A stretch of DNA of 38,036 nucleotides from assembly GCA_008369845.1 (NCBI GenBank), contig MRSU01010985.1, positions 1-38,036 on the forward strand, read 5' to 3'. Position numbers and translations under genes: made by a program. Source of the stretch: Trichomonas gallinae. Its lineage: Eukaryota. The first letter of the stretch is position 1. Each line of letters opens with the position of its first letter. The notes beneath the pieces are model-generated. The model was not told the DNA's origin. It ran no database searches and worked only from the letters and a program-made list of their open reading frames with translations. Shown here one piece after another: positions 21,233 through 32,500 of the stretch.

Positions 21233-22408
21233 ATGTCAACGAAAGAGTTTGTTGAGCTTCAAAAAACAAACATGAAGCTTCAAGAGCACGTATTAAGACA
21301 ATATTCGGAGTATAAAGATGAACTTAACGCGCTCCAAAAAGAAAATCATGAGCTAAAACGATTATTGCAATTGGAAAAGCAGAAAGGAGCAGAGATTTTC
21401 CAGCAGTTCCAAGAACGAATACGGAAAATGGAACAAGATTTAGAAGAAATCAATTATTCACCGCCAATTTCGCCTACAACAATAAAAAATACAAATTCTC
21501 GTCCTCTAAATCGATCAAGGCAAATATTTGAACAGCTTGAGGAAGAAGGAAAGCGTATTGAAGAAGAAACACGTAGAGTTTTCGAATTTTGCAGAAAGCC
21601 AGTTGAATTTTATATTCCAGCTTCAGCGCCACCACCTCCTCCACCAGCACAAACCATACCACAACAAACATATCAATACATTCCTATACAAATTCCTCAA
21701 TATACTCAACCGACTGTGCAAAATCAATTCGAATATAAGCCACCATCGCCAACAATTCCTCCAAAACAATCTCCACCACCAACATTTACGCAGAATGTTA
21801 ACATATTAAACAATGACATTGAACAAATGCAAGCATCTCCAATTTCATCTCCGAGAGCAAATTCTCCTTCAAATAAAATGATTTTCTCGCCAAACTCATC
21901 ACAAATACCATCAGTATCGTCACCACACGTATCATCTCCTCAAACAGATGGAAGCAATAAGATATCTGATGTTAATTTCATTCCTGAAACAGATTCCGAG
22001 GAAGAAGAAATCTCTGAGTTCAAGAATGAAGAAATCCCATCATCAGCATTCGCGAAGATGACAACAGACACAAAAAGCACTTCCTCAAAGACTTCTGAGA
22101 CGAGAACAGTCAGCGAAACTTTGCCGATCTCGGAAAATAAAAAGAGCGAAAACTCGAACACGCCATCGCTCAAAACTAATCCACCAAATGCCAACGAATC
22201 GAAGAAGAGCATAACATCAGTGCCACAATCAGCTAAAACAGCTCCACCTCCAGCGAAGCCAGTTCTACCGACAAAAACTTCTCCGGCGCCGAAGGAAGAA
22301 GAAGAAAAACCATTCGATCCGATGGGCGGATTTTCAACAGACAGCAGTGAGCTGAATATAGAGATACAGTCGTTTGTTATGGAAAACCAAGACACAGATC
22401 AATGGTAA
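21233..22408 (+). CDS. Hypothetical protein: N-terminal coiled coil plus Pro/Ser-rich disordered region
   Basis: Long ORF; first ATG 21233 (MSTKEF). Heptad-rich N-terminus, polyproline tract and acidic C-terminus. Confidence 0.85.
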   Translation: MSTKEFVELQKTNMKLQEHVLRQYSEYKDELNALQKENHELKRLLQLEKQKGAEIFQQFQERIRKMEQDLEEINYSPPISPTTIKNTNSRPLNRSRQIFEQLEEEGKRIEEETRRVFEFCRKPVEFYIPASAPPPPPPAQTIPQQTYQYIPIQIPQYTQPTVQNQFEYKPPSPTIPPKQSPPPTFTQNVNILNNDIEQMQASPISSPRANSPSNKMIFSPNSSQIPSVSSPHVSSPQTDGSNKISDVNFIPETDSEEEEISEFKNEEIPSSAFAKMTTDTKSTSSKTSETRTVSETLPISENKKSENSNTPSLKTNPPNANESKKSITSVPQSAKTAPPPAKPVLPTKTSPAPKEEEEKPFDPMGGFSTDSSELNIEIQSFVMENQDTDQW

Positions 22409-22454
22409 TTGAATAATTTTTTTTTGTTTTGATAAAATGTTTATTTTTTTGTAA

Positions 22455-22606
22455 TTGACTATATCACCACCTTATTTTGTCATAGTATATATGTTCAAAC
22501 TTGAAAATATATTAAAAAAATTAAATATTTAATTTTGATAATTTTATCGGTTTCAATAATTTTAACTATATCAATACCATATCTAATCATAGTATACATG
22601 TTCAAG
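22455..22606. repeat. Imperfect direct repeat (about 45 bp, spacing about 107 bp) between convergent gene 3' ends
   Basis: ACTATATCA...TCATAGTATA(T/C)ATGTTCAA occurs twice. Confidence 0.7.
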
Positions 22607-22872
22607 CCCTTTACGACATTAAAATAATTTTCCTAAAATTTTAATAAAAAACGAATTCGAATTATTGTAAATGAAAGGATTGAGTCCAAACACAATAGAT
22701 TTTGTATTGAATTTTCCTATCTGTTAATAAAAAATAAAATTGATTAAAATAAAACCGAATAATAAGATTTAGTAGACAAAAATACAAAACAAACATGATG
22801 GTACATAATTTCGCATGATCAAAAGTAAATATCGAAGAAAATAAAAAAATATTTTGCAAAATTGGAGCTAAA

Positions 22873-23742
22873 TCATTGTAAATCAATACTAGTGTATTCT
22901 GATTGTGCGGAAGATTTGTTAAAGTAGATTACACCGCATGAAAGAACTAAACTTGGTAAAAGACTTCCTAATAAGTCTTGGACAAGCTGTGCTGAAGTAA
23001 ATAGATTAAAGTGCTCCGCTACTAATATTGTGTATCTAATTCCACCAAAATTCATCCATGCATATATCGAAGTGTGAATGAAAAGATGTAATACATTAAA
23101 AATTATAATAACATGGAATCCAAAAACCGAAACTAAAAGAAAATTCGGGCCTAAATCTGAGATTTGAATTGCATGAATTTGTGCTATCATTCTTAAGGCA
23201 ATAATAGCAAATGAAAATATGCAGAAAAGATAGATAAATAGATTAACGTAATTGAGAGAATATAAATTTGTATTCTCATCTCGTAAAAATAAGATAAGGA
23301 TTTCCACTACAAATAATGCCAAAAACATAAGACCTAACAGCACAGAGTTTCTAACGTAGTGATCTTTCTCTGAGTTTGATGTATGCAATTGTCTGCCTAA
23401 TTTCAAAATAACGAATGATATTGTAATGTAAGGAAGGACGATGAAATTTGGACGCAAAACTAAGAAAACGAATTTCAATGCTCGTGAAGTCCAACGATTT
23501 AAAAAAATATATTGACAAAGCAGAACAGATGGCGCTAAAATGATTGAAATCCAAAATAAAATCGATGGTAATGCATCTTGCAAAGAGGTTCTTCGAATTT
23601 GAAGAAATGCTTTATAAATTCGATAAATATAGAACAGTATTATTAGCGAAGTTGATATTGTTGCAATCCAAAGAACAGGATTATTAATACAGCTTACCAA
23701 CGTGCCTTGTCTATGGCATTCCGTTTCATTATAACTAAGCAT
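22873..23742 (-). CDS. Seven-transmembrane protein (GPR137/THH1-TOM1-like architecture, tentative), 289 aa
   Basis: About 7 hydrophobic segments, N-terminal NET sequon, LLPS in the last TM and C-terminal YTSI. First ATG is 23742. Confidence 0.75.
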   Translation of the reverse strand: MLSYNETECHRQGTLVSCINNPVLWIATISTSLIILFYIYRIYKAFLQIRRTSLQDALPSILFWISIILAPSVLLCQYIFLNRWTSRALKFVFLVLRPNFIVLPYITISFVILKLGRQLHTSNSEKDHYVRNSVLLGLMFLALFVVEILILFLRDENTNLYSLNYVNLFIYLFCIFSFAIIALRMIAQIHAIQISDLGPNFLLVSVFGFHVIIIFNVLHLFIHTSIYAWMNFGGIRYTILVAEHFNLFTSAQLVQDLLGSLLPSLVLSCGVIYFNKSSAQSEYTSIDLQ

Positions 23743-24195
23743 TATTTTGACAAATGCCAAATAAACAAACCTTATTTTTATTTGACAGGATGTCAAATTC
23801 TTTTGTCAAATGTGAAATCAACCACATCATGATAATTTTGCTGTAAAAATGAAATAATGTATTGTTTCAAACGAATAAGTTCATATCATCGTTAAGTTTT
23901 CAGTCAGAGAGTCTAATTTCAAGCTTTTTCATCTGATAGAATCCGATATCAAAAAACAGATGCAACAATGATATTTGTATTAAATTTTTCCTCAGTATTC
24001 AATGCTTTAATGCTGATTAAGCTTTGATTCTTTATTCAGATTGAGATCTTCATGCAATTTTATATTTCTCTCTTCATATTTCACGTAGGGTGATAAAAAG
24101 CTTATATATTTATAATTAACAATCATCATATTCAACAATTAAGAATTTTGAAAATTTTATTGAAAAAATGGATAATTTAACATGAACAAAATAGT

Positions 24196-25077
24196 TTATT
24201 TATACTTTATTTTGCCTTCAATGAGCAAAGTGTAGTATGGTTTCCTAATTGGATCAGCGATAATTAATTCTTCACACAATGTTTTAATTCTTTCGGAATT
24301 ATTTTCTTCTGATGCGATATATAATAATATTTGAAGTGCTCTTGGGTTCTGTGCATTTCTTTCATATAATTTATTTCCGAGCTCTTTCAAATCAGATAAA
24401 AGAGACTTATCTTTTTCAACCATAGCGAAAATAAAGTTCATTGCAGCTTCATTCTTTGTAATTTTATCCATACTTTGTGCAGCAGCTTCAAATTCTTTTC
24501 TTGGATCAGAGTTCATGAAATCACCCATAGCTTTTCTTGTATTCCACGCACTGTTGTTTCTCATATCGATATCTAACTGATAAATCGCGAGATCGTAAAT
24601 CTGTTGGTATTGTTTGAAATGATCTGCAAACCAAATTGCATATGACCATGCATGGAAATTCTTCTGATCAATTGTAAACACTGTCTTTAGAAAACTAACT
24701 TCATCAACAATTTCATTCGTTCTTTCGAGCAACCATTGACGATAATGCCATGCTTGGTATGATTTTGGTGCCTTTTTGATGGCTTCGGCGAGATTTTCTA
24801 ACTCTTTGTGGAAATCGTATCCGATTTTTTCTAAAATGTAATATTTATACCACCATGCAGTATAATGGGCAGGAAACTTATCGATTACTTCGTTAGTTAT
24901 TTCTAATGCGCGCTGAGAAACTTCTTTTTCGTGAAGAACAGCTAAAAAGTAGCCCATTAAATCAACATATTCGTCAGTATAATCGACTTGGAATGGATCA
25001 CCTTGTTTCTGTGGCAATGGAAGAGGCGTCATATCTTTCCATTCCTCTCTGTCTTTATACAAAACTACAGAAGTCAT
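24196..25077 (-). CDS. FNTA: Protein farnesyltransferase/geranylgeranyltransferase-I alpha subunit
   Basis: EWKDMTPLP, Y.D.Y.D.M.YF.A, S.RALE.T and PPTA repeats PAHYTAW, PKSYQAWHYR, KNFHAWSY, RNNSAW, NEAA; DPIRK.YY. First ATG is 25077. Confidence 0.92.
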   Translation of the reverse strand: MTSVVLYKDREEWKDMTPLPLPQKQGDPFQVDYTDEYVDLMGYFLAVLHEKEVSQRALEITNEVIDKFPAHYTAWWYKYYILEKIGYDFHKELENLAEAIKKAPKSYQAWHYRQWLLERTNEIVDEVSFLKTVFTIDQKNFHAWSYAIWFADHFKQYQQIYDLAIYQLDIDMRNNSAWNTRKAMGDFMNSDPRKEFEAAAQSMDKITKNEAAMNFIFAMVEKDKSLLSDLKELGNKLYERNAQNPRALQILLYIASEENNSERIKTLCEELIIADPIRKPYYTLLIEGKIKYK

Positions 25078-25106
25078 TCTGTTTCTTCTGTCATGTAAAA
25101 ATTTAC

Positions 25107-25460
25107 AAAACAAAAATCAAATTTGTTCTAAAAACATAAATAGACTTGTGTAGGGCTTATAAACACTCATTTTATATGAATATCATCTAATATAGAATGT
25201 GTTTATAGTCTTTGTATTGATAGATTTGATCATTTGCTCAAAACATAAAAATTGTTCAATATTTATAAAATCACAGTTATAACTGAAAAGTAGTTGTGTA
25301 AAATGAGCTGTTTCTAATCTATAATGTGCTTATAATCATTATTTATTTCGCTCATATTAATCAAAATATCAAAATTGTTCAAAATATATATAGATCCACG
25401 TTTAGAACTATTAGGAACTCACAAAAATGATGAATCTCTAATCTGTTATGTGTTTATAAT
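25107..25460. repeat. Three degenerate tandem copies of an approximately 125-bp unit upstream of FTase alpha
   Basis: A(A/T)TTGTTC at about 25121, 25250 and 25373; TCTAAT...ATGTG(T/C)TTATA at 25186, 25313 and 25437. Confidence 0.75.
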
Positions 25461-25619
25461 TTTTTCTATTAATAAATGATAGTTTATAATATAAAATACA
25501 ACTAAAAATGATTGAAAAAGCATGTACTTATGCCTATGCAATTACAAACCATGAATAATAAAAAGTTATTCATGAATTTGTAATTAAATTATGTCTATTG
25601 ATCTAAAATTTCAACTGTA

Positions 25620-26267
25620 TCATAATTCTTTTGGTATCTTCTTTTTCATCTTCGATGATATTTCGTTGATTTGGAAAAGCAAAATTAATTGAAGTACAAA
25701 ATTGAATATTTCCCAAATTGTAATGAACAATCCAAATATCCTGTTGATAACGCTTCCGTATTTAAACGCAAGCATCGTATATTGAATGCCGATAAAACCA
25801 CTTCCACGGAAACCGCATATCATTGCACCAGTGATGAACACTACGAATAGATTTATCAAAACATTTCCATGCAGTGATGTTCCATCTCTTAATGCAACGT
25901 ATAATTTATAATATTCCATATAAAAAATTACAATTGGAATAATAACGCACATTGTAATTGATGTAATTATGTCTTGACTCATGGATGATTTGTTGTCTTT
26001 GATCGAATATGAGAAAAATGAAGCAACGACACTCCAAAAACAGCAATAGGTTATAGATAATGCTGCGAAATAGCACATTCTAACCAAGAAAGAGTATCTT
26101 TGCTGTATTTCGATATTGATGTTATGATAAACAAGCGGCCAAAATGATGGAAAGTTTGGATGATTCTCTGTTTGAGGATTTTCTATCTCATTGGTAACAC
26201 CAACCAATATGTCATTGTCTATTATGTTGTTTGCAGGATCAAATGGATTAGGAAGCTGCTCATCCAT
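25620..26267 (-). CDS. SCAMP family secretory carrier membrane protein
   Basis: N-terminal NPF, PNFP...PLVYHNI..EI, four TMs, Y..LY.ALR and GF.GSGFIG. Confidence 0.82.
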   Translation of the reverse strand: MDEQLPNPFDPANNIIDNDILVGVTNEIENPQTENHPNFPSFWPLVYHNINIEIQQRYSFLVRMCYFAALSITYCCFWSVVASFFSYSIKDNKSSMSQDIITSITMCVIIPIVIFYMEYYKLYVALRDGTSLHGNVLINLFVVFITGAMICGFRGSGFIGIQYTMLAFKYGSVINRIFGLFITIWEIFNFVLQLILLFQINEISSKMKKKIPKEL

Positions 26268-26314
26268 TTTTAAAAAAATAAAAATAGGGTCACAAAAAAT
26301 TAATTAGTGGGGAT

Positions 26315-26365
26315 TTTTACATGACAAAAATAATTTTACATGACAGAAATAAATTTTACATGGCA
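26315..26365. repeat. 3 x 19-20 bp tandem repeat TTTTACATG(A/G)CA upstream of SCAMP
   Basis: Copies at 26315, 26334 and 26354. Confidence 0.85.
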
Positions 26366-26563
26366 TATAATAAATCAAACTTGATTTTGTTTTTTCTTGC
26401 ATCATGGAGCTCTCATTGCAACTAAATAGCATCAATATGAGAAGTGCTCGAAATATATATATATTAATTGTAAACCGAATGTGTTTTATGAGAATTTCAA
26501 TAAAATTGATAGTAATAAAGTATGATGATAAGAGGTAATATATAAAAAATAAAAACAAACATT

Positions 26564-29500
26564 TTACATAATTGTAGGCAAAAATGGGACTTCGTGAATA
26601 AGTCCCGTTTTGTTGATAACTATAATGCATGAACGAGATGCATTGAACGCTAGCGCAACAACATTGCGCTCGCGTGCTATATCGATTACGCGCTGATTGA
26701 CAATGTCAACGGCAACAACTCTTCCGCTGTCACATAGAAGTGCGAAGTCTGTTGAATTGCATGAAAATGTCGTGCAGACGCAGGTATCGAATTTCATCGA
26801 GAAAACTACAGATGAATCATGATTGAATGCAATGAACTCATCACCAGTGTCAACACAAAGGAAGCTGAATATTTCAGTGCTGAAAACTGTCCTTGGCTCT
26901 TTTGCGCAATCTGCTCTGCAGAAAATTTCTTTTCCGTCAGTAGAAACTAAAATTGCTGTGCAAGAAGATAAGCCTATTGATACTGCAGCTGTTCGACTGC
27001 AGAAACTTGCGCAAACAACTCTGTCATTCAAGCTTATCATTGAATGAAGAGAAAGCTGCATATTTTCATGCGAAATCAGCAGATTAGTTTCATTCATCAA
27101 GACCAAAATATTCGAATTATCGAAGAAAAGACACTGCATGTATTCTCCAAAATTCGCGTCGAATATTTCGTTGTTGAGCACGTAAAATTGCTCATAATTA
27201 CAATTCTCTTCTATTACTTCTTTGAGATGAGAATTGATGTGGAATTTCACAATTCTGTGGTCAGACATAAGATATGCATTGTCCTGGAAAACTCGGCAAA
27301 AAGAAATATTATTTTCATTCATCATGTGAGAAACTGGACCAGATCCTGAGAACTGTTTGTTCAAAATATTATTCCTCAAAATCATAGCGTTCTTTATCTC
27401 TTCTATACTAGGTTTCAGTGATATTCCACTGTATTTTTCAATTGGTTGACCCAGAATACTTAGATTTCCGGAATGTATTGATTGTCCTTGGAAAAATGTA
27501 ACAACAATATAAGACTCGAATTCATCTGGTGAATCATCAACCATCTTCTGCATCAAAATATGTGGTGGAACATCGATGGATGGGCAGAATTCCATGATAG
27601 CATCTAAAGCTTGCGTGATAATCATCTCAGAAAATTCCAATAAAAATGATTCACTCTTGCTGAAAATTTCCAAACGATTTGGCTGACGTGTTAAAACTAG
27701 TTTCACGCTTTGTCTCGGTATTTCTGTCCTTCCGAACTCTTCCTGCTGTATTATTATGCTATCTGTTCCAGTTATGAAGAAAGCAGCGAACTTTTCTTCG
27801 CCAGACAAAAGCAAACAAGGTGTCGAAAATTTTTGCGGCAAATTCGGTGGAGAAAACAAAGCTTTCGAAGACACGCAGTACTGCTGGTCAATTCTATCAT
27901 ATGCGAATAAGTGTGGAATGGAATGACCGACAACAAACTTGCGGGACTTGTGCTTGGAAGACGTCAAAAGAGGAAGTGAATTGTCAACAAAATCATCCAT
28001 AACCGAATAATCGACTAAAATTTTAGATGATAATCTATGCTGTATTGAAACTGCGAGTTTCTTGATTTGCGCTTCACCGAATTCGGATAATAGCAAATAT
28101 TGCTGTGATTCTGAATTAAAAGCATCAATTCTCTCCATCAATAAAGAAACTTTCTGTGATGTTTTCATGAGAAAATTATGCGAAAGTTCTTCGGGAATAA
28201 CAATTTGACTTGATCCTAAAGAAATTTCTTTTGCCAAATTCGAAAATACTCCTTCGCACAAAGAACTCAATTCTCCGTATATGTCACGTGTTTCGGTCAG
28301 TGCTGCTCCTATTGTGCAGTTAAACAAGCCTTTGAACTTCAAGTCTGAGATGTTTCTAATGATTGTTGTCGAGCGAGAATTTTGTGCTTCATTCTTGAAA
28401 GGTGAATCATCGAATAATGAATCCAGAGAAGAATTATTGGGTAGTGCTCTTATGAATAAAGCGCAAGTTGCTGAAAAACTATCAGCATACTTAGCACACT
28501 GTTGAACAAGGCTGCATGCATGTCTAGATAAATCCTTTTGAGAGACAAATTCGATGATTTTTATCGTCAAAATTGCGTCGTTTAATTCTTGTGTCGGATT
28601 CTCGCACTGAGAGATAATGAATGCAACAGCTGATATTAGCGGAACAACAACAATATCGGAGATTCTAGGAAGCATTGCAAGAGGCAAGAACGGCCATGCT
28701 CCGCCTTTGGCAAATAAAATTTCTTTGTTTTCGACATCGACCATCGCTTTGAATGACGCACAATAAAGATTCGCCACTTCATTCATTGTTGTTGTGTCTC
28801 CTGCAGCAAGGAAGCTCAGTCTTCGCGGTGATCCAGTGACATCACTAACTTTTCTGGATCTACCGATTCTTAATTTATTCATGATTTTTTCTCCAACAGA
28901 AATTTTTCTTTGAGGTGATGCATCAACTAAAGTTTGCATAGACACTTGATCCTCTTTAACTGAATCAGGTGCACAAGCTAAACTCAACGCGCACAAAAAC
29001 TCAGCCAGTCCTGATAGATTTGGAAGTTTCGGCGCTAAAGTATTTAACACATCTTTAGCAATTGGTTTCTGTGCAACTAATTCTGATGCAGCAATCAATG
29101 ATATATGAGAAGGCGATAAATAAACCATTGTCAATACTGTGTCTGTTATTGTCTCGATGTCATCTGTATACCTGATGATGTCCAATAAACACTCTGGTGC
29201 TTTCGGTTTGGTTATTTCGTATTTCATGATTTCTTTTGCGTGAATGGCAACAATTCTCAATAAATCGCGAATTGCTGGATTGTTGAATGAAACAAGAGAT
29301 AATATGAATTCTGCTTCTGTTTTAGATGTTATTGGAGAGTTCATCAAAAGTATTGCGAAAGAAGATCTTATTCTCATTGTGTCATCATCAAATCTCTCTA
29401 AGCTTTCGCTTGTTTTTACCGACGAAATTCCAGTAATATTCACAGAATTCGCCCTGACAATTTTAGTATTTTCTCTAAATCTTGGCCTCGCTGTCAAACT

Positions 29501-32500
29501 TTGTGGAATTGTCTCAGAGTTTTGCTGCAAATTTTCATCTATTTTTGGTGTTGATAGCGAATTTCCTTCAGCTTTTGGCGTCGAAACCAAATTTTCATTT
29601 GACTCTTGCGGAGAATATTCATTTGCTTTTGGTGTCATTAAAATATTATCTTGATTTGGTTTAAATGATGTATTTTCTTCATTTTGATTAGAATTTTCGT
29701 TTGAATCTGGTTTCAGTGGTGAATCGTTTGAGTCACTATTATCATCGCTTGGAATTAATTTTGATAATGATGAATTTTCATCTTGATTTTGCTTTTGAGG
29801 AGATTCGGAAAGCGAAGGAATAGATTCGCGATTTGTATTTTGCTTTTGTGGAGATTCATTTGTTTTAGCAATAATAGGAGAATCATTGAGAGATTTCAGT
29901 GGTGAATTTGTTGGCGTTAAAAGTGGAGAATCTGCTGCATAGATTTGAGCCGGACTTTCTTCGAAATTGATGAAAAGTTTGCTGAAACTTTTAATCATTC
30001 TCTGGAAGAATCCTGGCCTTTGTATTAAAGTCGAATATTGGCTGAGAACCGTATGACTCCAGTGGTTGCAGATCCTCATGAATGTTGATGTTGTTGCTCT
30101 TGACCAAATCTCAGCATTTAATATAATAAAATCTATAAAATCTTCTTGCAGTTTTTCGTCTGTTATAACATCACCGATTGAAAACAGGGCCAAATATAAC
30201 TGATAAGTTAGCCTTTTTGTGTCTATATTCTCAAGAGAACCAGCTGCATAAGCGAATGATTTAAATGAGCGCTGGCTTAAAACAGAAGCTGAAAACGCGA
30301 GTTTTGCAATTCCTATAACATGCTCGCCAATTTTATCGTCTAATTTATTAAACATCGAAAACAGTCTTTGCAGATGCCCACCAAGACCAATAGATTTGTC
30401 CAGTGATGAGTTATTGACGAACAAATTTGCTGAATTAATAGTGTGAGAAAACAAAAATTTGGGATTTTTGAATGCATCAACGTCAGCTAAAATATTGATG
30501 ATATTATCAACAGTCAAAACATCATAAGTGAAACCGAATCTACCTATGAGTGCTGGATTTATGTCTGCTACTTGTCCTAACTCGAAAACAGCATCATTGT
30601 CAAATGACAGAACATTTCCTGATTCTGACATCATCGATGAATTTGTGTTCGCATATAATCCCCAGGCCATCATTGTCTGAGAGATTTTTCTCGCTGCAAA
30701 TGTCACCAATATCCACTTGTTTGATGGCAGAGCCGCTGAGCACTGATAGCTGTATTTAATGTTTGAATTGCAATTGAAAAATAAAGACGTGTGATTTAGT
30801 ATTAAAGAAAGTTGCGTTGATTTTGAGTTAATCGAGAAAATTGTTATTGGCTGCATCAATGATGAAATTGATTGATCTATTTTGATGTAAAACGAAAAAC
30901 TAAAAGAAAAGTTCAGTTTTTGCGGATTAAAGCCTTGATGTTTGTATATTGATTCCGTGGAGCAAAGTTTAAATGTCGGCTTCATAGAATTTGTCATCTG
31001 AGAAATGTGCATATTCAAATACTCGGCCATTTTTATGTTTCCTTTGATGATTAAGTCTATAATTCGTGATGATTCGGCTTTCGACGACTTTTCTTGCAAA
31101 ATGGTGAAAATCAATGGGAAAACAGTAGAATCTATTTCGCTCTCTGATATATTAGGAGTGAATTTCAATCCTCTGTGATTTACTTCTCCTTGCAGCAAAA
31201 AATCCAGCAAACACAGATCCAGGCCTCCATCATGGCAAGCTACACAGTTAGATGGAGAATGGAAGCATAACTCTTTGATTCTCTCCAAAAATTTTTGACA
31301 ATTAAATTTTGACATGGTGGCAAAAATCGGGACGATAATAGATGAGCATCTTATTAAAAACATGGAATCCGTGAAAACAGACTTAGTTTGTGCTGCTATT
31401 CCCCACAGAAGGCTTATTACTGATTCTGATGGCTCGTCACCTTCATTTAATTGGATTGAATTAACTATTTTAATTAATCGCTTTGCTGAGAATTTATAAG
31501 GAGAATTGTGCTGTCTAACGAGCATTAATATGATTCTTAAGCAGCTTGAAAGAGTTTTCTGGCTTGGATTCGAAATTGAAAAATCTAACATAGAATCTAT
31601 CCAATCATCGACAATTAATACGCAGGAGTTGTTTCTCTCTATTGATCTTTGGATTTGGTCGATGAAAAATTCTCCCATTTGTGATTTTTTCGTTGAAGAT
31701 ATTGATTCGAAAACATTTATAATGAAATATGTTGATGCTATTTCTGAATTTGTGCCCAGATAGTCGCAAATACAAACAATAATCTGTTCTGCGATGTCTT
31801 CGTCGTAAATTAAGCCAAATAAATTTCTTGAGAATGTTGCATTCGTGAAACATAGCTCAGCAATTTGTTTTTCTGATAATAGTTTCGATATGAAAGATAG
31901 GCATGACATGTAGGCTTTGATGAATTCATTTGGATGTACTCTTCTCAAAAATTGCAAATTTTTCAATGAACCAGCGAGATTTCTTAATACAGGTTCAGCG
32001 GAAAATATCTTGAAATCAACTTGTGGAATGTGAGAAAGAATCCTTGCTAAACATTCTGCTGTTAATAATTCTGAATTTTGTGTAGATTTGATTAAAGAAG
32101 TAATTGAAGCAGGATCTGTTGTGAGAACGACTTCAAATACATGGGAACGAAGTGTATCAATGAAATCTGGAATATACGAAAAAATTGATAAAGATTGATT
32201 AAAAATTAAAGGATGAAATATGGCAAAATAGTAGTCTTTGATGGAAGAAATTCGAGAGAAATGCGATACACAGTATAAGAAGAATGAATAACATGGAATA
32301 AATGAATCAGATTTTTGAGTTGAAATTAAAGTAGCAAATGACTCAAGAAAGATTCTAATGCAACTAATATGGGCTTCTTCGATCAAATTCGTAATATCGA
32401 GAAGCAAAGTCCAAAGATTTTCATCAATAAAATTTTGTAAAGGCTCAATATCTAGTAAAGTCTTAGTTTTTGTATAATTAAAACCATTCTCGAAGAATGG

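Noticed and set aside
21940..22395. 151-aa antisense ORF (and similar shadows at 538-894, 6769-7086, 29244-29654)
   Set aside because: Shadow ORFs of real genes; non-ATG starts or no recognisable motifs.
22662..22886. 74-aa hydrophobic ORF downstream of the 7TM gene
   Set aside because: TTG start; hydrophobicity is explained by a T-rich 3' UTR.
26304..26630. 108-aa minus-strand ORF overlapping the end of the BEACH-like gene
   Set aside because: Composition (F/I/Y/L) reflects AT-rich spacer DNA, and it runs through the 20-bp promoter repeats.
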